Positions 62,501 through 64,000 of a stretch of 64,000 nt of DNA are shown piece by piece (position 1 is the stretch's first letter; each line of letters begins with the position of its first letter). The stretch comes from Azolla caroliniana (taxonomy: Eukaryota > Plantae > Polypodiophyta), in the NCBI GenBank assembly GCA_043228905.1, contig JBHGNT010000009.1, forward strand, positions 22,010,001-22,074,000, read 5' to 3'. A program made the translations under genes and the position numbers. Below the pieces are notes generated by a model. It was not told the origin of the DNA. It worked only from the letters and a program-made list of their open reading frames with translations, and did no database searches.

Positions 62501-63117
62501 GCATAAGGATGATATTTTGTCGGAAGTTGTATTGAGGAGTCCTTCTTAATAGTGCTAGAAGGATGTACTGATATGGCAAATAGGAACATTGCCTCCTTGG
62601 GTCCTTCTTCGCGTAGTTGATGGAGTGAAATGGTCGAAACTCGGTGAGTTGCTTCTTGGGGTGGTCGATATCGGACTTCTCTTGTTCTCCAATCTATGGC
62701 TGGATTATGTAATTCAAGCCATGGTAATCCTAGGACAATGGGATGCTCTGGACTACTTATTATATTAAATGATATTATACACACAAAACTACCTAGGACA
62801 ACTTGAATGGGTTCTGATTCTTCTACAATATTCCCGGAAGCAATGGGATGACCATCAATGACCACTACAGATGCGGGACAAGGAAGTTTTCTTAAGGATA
62901 TCTGAGAAGCTTGGGCAAAATTTCGATCCATGAAACAGGAATTAGCTCCAGAATCTAAAAGTGCTAGGACGGGTACTGGGGGAGTACTTTTAGTACTAAC
63001 AATGACTTGGGCTAGGAACACATTGCTAACTTGCTTGGAAGGAATGGAACCACTAATGGGCTGTACAGATCTAGGGCTGCTGTCCAACCAAATGGCTCCT
63101 ATTTTGGCTGGACTCAA
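59545..63117 (-). CDS. pol: Pol polyprotein (protease, RT, RNase H, integrase, chromodomain)
   Basis: LLDSGA; YLDD in IIYLDDLLIYS; ADASDFALG; HHCC zinc finger; LDFITDLP...SDRGPQF; YEVAAILDS...YLVDWLGY chromodomain. Confidence 0.95.
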   Translation of the reverse strand: MSPAKIGAIWLDSSPRSVQPISGSIPSKQVSNVFLAQVIVSTKSTPPVPVLALLDSGANSCFMDRNFAQASQISLRKLPCPASVVVIDGHPIASGNIVEESEPIQVVLGSFVCIISFNIISSPEHPIVLGLPWLELHNPAIDWRTREVRYRPPQEATHRVSTISLHQLREEGPKEAMFLFAISVHPSSTIKKDSSIQLPTKYHPYADVFDKVKAGTLPHHRPYDCPIDLQPGTEPPWGPIYNLSPTELEVLRAYIEENLASGFIRHSKSPAGAPIFFVKKKDGSLRLVVDYRGLNKVTIRNRYALPLISSLLERVNGAKFFTKIDLRGAYNLVRIRPGDEWKTAFRTRYGHFEYTVMPFGLTNAPAVFQHMANDIFRDLLDICLIIYLDDLLIYSKTQEEHDSHVLLVLKRLRENGLYAKLEKCSFDCKQVEFLGYVISSKGIAMDPAKIQTVLEWQIPRSVRDVQCFLGFANFYRKFIQDYSKIILPLTQLTKKGQAFLWSIEADMAFRHLKKAFTSAPILAHVDTSKPFIMEADASDFALGSILSQQGDKEELHPVAFHSHKFNVAEINYEIHDKELLAIVDSFVQWRHFLEGSPHQVIVFSDHKNLAYFQNARVLNRRQARWAQFLTRFNFEITYRPGKQQGKADALSRRSYLAPRPGDATFDNQKQVILGPTLLHTTRIFHTPMDSRITDDIRATLKTDSFAQDILAHIDTSRASCSQSQQPGIDYRQFEYHDGLLFFKKRVYVPNCSCRLQIVQHCHDTHTAGHFGSTKTLELVQRSFWWPHMRRFVDDYVRTCDACCRAKMPRHHPYGLLEPLPIPSKPWQSICLDFITDLPVSKGFDAILTVVDRYTKMAHFVPCTKAITSEETAALVMREVFRHHGLPDSIISDRGPQFVSKFWQHLFRMLKVSCNLSSGYHPQTDGQAERTNQTLEQYLRCFLSYQQDDWAEILHFAEFAYNNAIHSSTRVSPFLAYTGFHPCWSVIDTPELPTNPRVEDHLERLRKIQMDLSTHLRHAQHTQKTYADRHRIPSSFAIGDRVWLLRRHIKTTRPCDKLDYRRLGPFRITGKINDVTFRLDLPPQLQIHPVFHCSLLEPYKANTIPDRVTPPPPPLELDAGPEYEVAAILDSKLVRNKLYYLVDWLGYSPSERTWEPVENVANAQDLLADFHRKYPDKPGPQLAPTRSTRRL

Positions 63118-63126
63118 TCGTTTAAC
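63070..63126 (-). promoter_or_regulatory. Putative -1 ribosomal frameshift signal (G UUA AAC + stem-loop/pseudoknot)
   Basis: Heptamer 63120-63126, 6-nt spacer, 11-bp stem GUCCAGCCAAA/UUUGGUUGGAC (63082-63113). pol is in the -1 frame relative to gag. Confidence 0.65.
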
Positions 63127-64000
63127 TCTTCATCTAATTGACTAAGGATTTCAAATTTATTTGAGATACTTGGGCTATTAGTACTATGAATACTATCTGA
63201 CACTCTATTAGTACTATTAATACTATCAGACACTCCAAAGGGAAGAATTGACTCGGGTTTAGTACAGGCGACGATTTGATTTACCTGTCTTCTTGGCCTA
63301 TGGGGACAATTGATGGCGATATGTCCTGGTCCACCGCAATAAAGACATAATCGATTGACACGTCGTCGTTGCTTTTCTTCTTCCGATAACGGGCCGCGTC
63401 GACGCATGGTATTGATCTCCATCGGTGTCGAAGTATTTGCTTGAGGTATGTCTCGTGCAAACGGTTTAGCCGCGACTGCGGCGTAAGTGGGCTCTGGCCT
63501 AGAGCATGGTATCTGTAATTGACGTTCTGAACGCCGTTCAAAAAGGCGGTTGTCACATCGAACTGCTCGACTGATTGCCTCCGTAAGAGACTTTGGTTCT
63601 TCGGGGAAAGTTAGAAGTAGATCTTTGACATCGTTTCGCAAGCCATAGCGAAACTGCTCCATTAGTGCTTGATCATCCCAGGGTATATCTGAAGCAAGTA
63701 GGCGGAAATCCGCCGCGTAGGCAGAGGCTGGACGATCGCCTTGACGCAATCGCCGGATCTTGTTGATCGCCGTCCTGATGCTGTCGGTGTCTCCGAAGCA
63801 GGCTTTAAACTCACCAATAAAATCTTCAAAGTTATTAAGTAAGGGTGATTGTTTTTCTAGAAGCGGAGCAAACCATGCCAAGGCTGAGCCGCTAAGTAGC
63901 GTGCCTATTAGGCCGACTCGAGATGCATCAGTGGGATATCGGGAAGGATGCATCTGGATGACTAAGCGTACCTGATTAAGGAATCCCCGGAATTGCGAAC
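63114..64000 (-). CDS. gag: Gag (capsid + CCHC zinc knuckle), 5' end beyond the window
   Basis: LLSGSALAWF...LRQG...YAADFR and CLYCGGPGHIAINC. Confidence 0.93.
   Translation of the reverse strand, partial: SQFRGFLNQVRLVIQMHPSRYPTDASRVGLIGTLLSGSALAWFAPLLEKQSPLLNNFEDFIGEFKACFGDTDSIRTAINKIRRLRQGDRPASAYAADFRLLASDIPWDDQALMEQFRYGLRNDVKDLLLTFPEEPKSLTEAISRAVRCDNRLFERRSERQLQIPCSRPEPTYAAVAAKPFARDIPQANTSTPMEINTMRRRGPLSEEEKQRRRVNRLCLYCGGPGHIAINCPHRPRRQVNQIVACTKPESILPFGVSDSINSTNRVSDSIHSTNSPSISNKFEILSQLDEELND

Larger units (their letters stand above)
59095..64000 (-). mobile_element. Chromodomain-containing Ty3/Gypsy LTR retrotransposon (chromovirus, Tcn1/Tf2-like); 5' part outside the window
   Basis: 3' LTR 59095-59533 (TGTCA...TGACA), PPT TTAAGGGGGAGATAG ~59534-59548, intact pol and gag ORFs. 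Confidence 0.93.

Noticed and set aside
59578-63975. Plus-strand and alternate-frame ORFs over the Gypsy gag-pol
   Set aside because: Shadow ORFs of the long retroelement reading frames.

Overview
Eukaryotic, intron-containing, TE-rich land-plant DNA. A fern or other seed-free vascular plant is my inference from gene and TE style; it is not proven. 1-12.8 kb is a nest of non-autonomous gag-only LTR elements primed by tRNA-Trp: tandem element A, a solo LTR inside it, and element B. Element B carries a Penelope-like remnant with two TATA-preceded minimal type I hammerhead ribozymes. Next come a PPR pseudogene with an inverted duplication and four host genes: an OTS/ULP1-like SUMO protease (-), a PLS-class PPR gene (-), an NPR-family salicylate receptor gene (-), and a divergently transcribed 3-dehydroquinate-synthase-like gene (+). 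The DHQS-like gene has an eroded active site, and its intron 2 holds a 4.5-kb foldback made of two Gypsy 3' halves. The right end contains a truncated Copia, then a six-exon gene (now carrying nonsense lesions) encoding a ParB/Srx-like domain plus a beta-class N6A/N4C amino-methyltransferase. Its first intron holds four 25-bp palindromes at an exact 51-bp period. Last is an intact-looking chromodomain Gypsy element running off the window. The most unusual signals are the ParB-methyltransferase/palindrome-array locus and the hammerhead pair. All domain calls are by-eye motif recognition; no searches were run.
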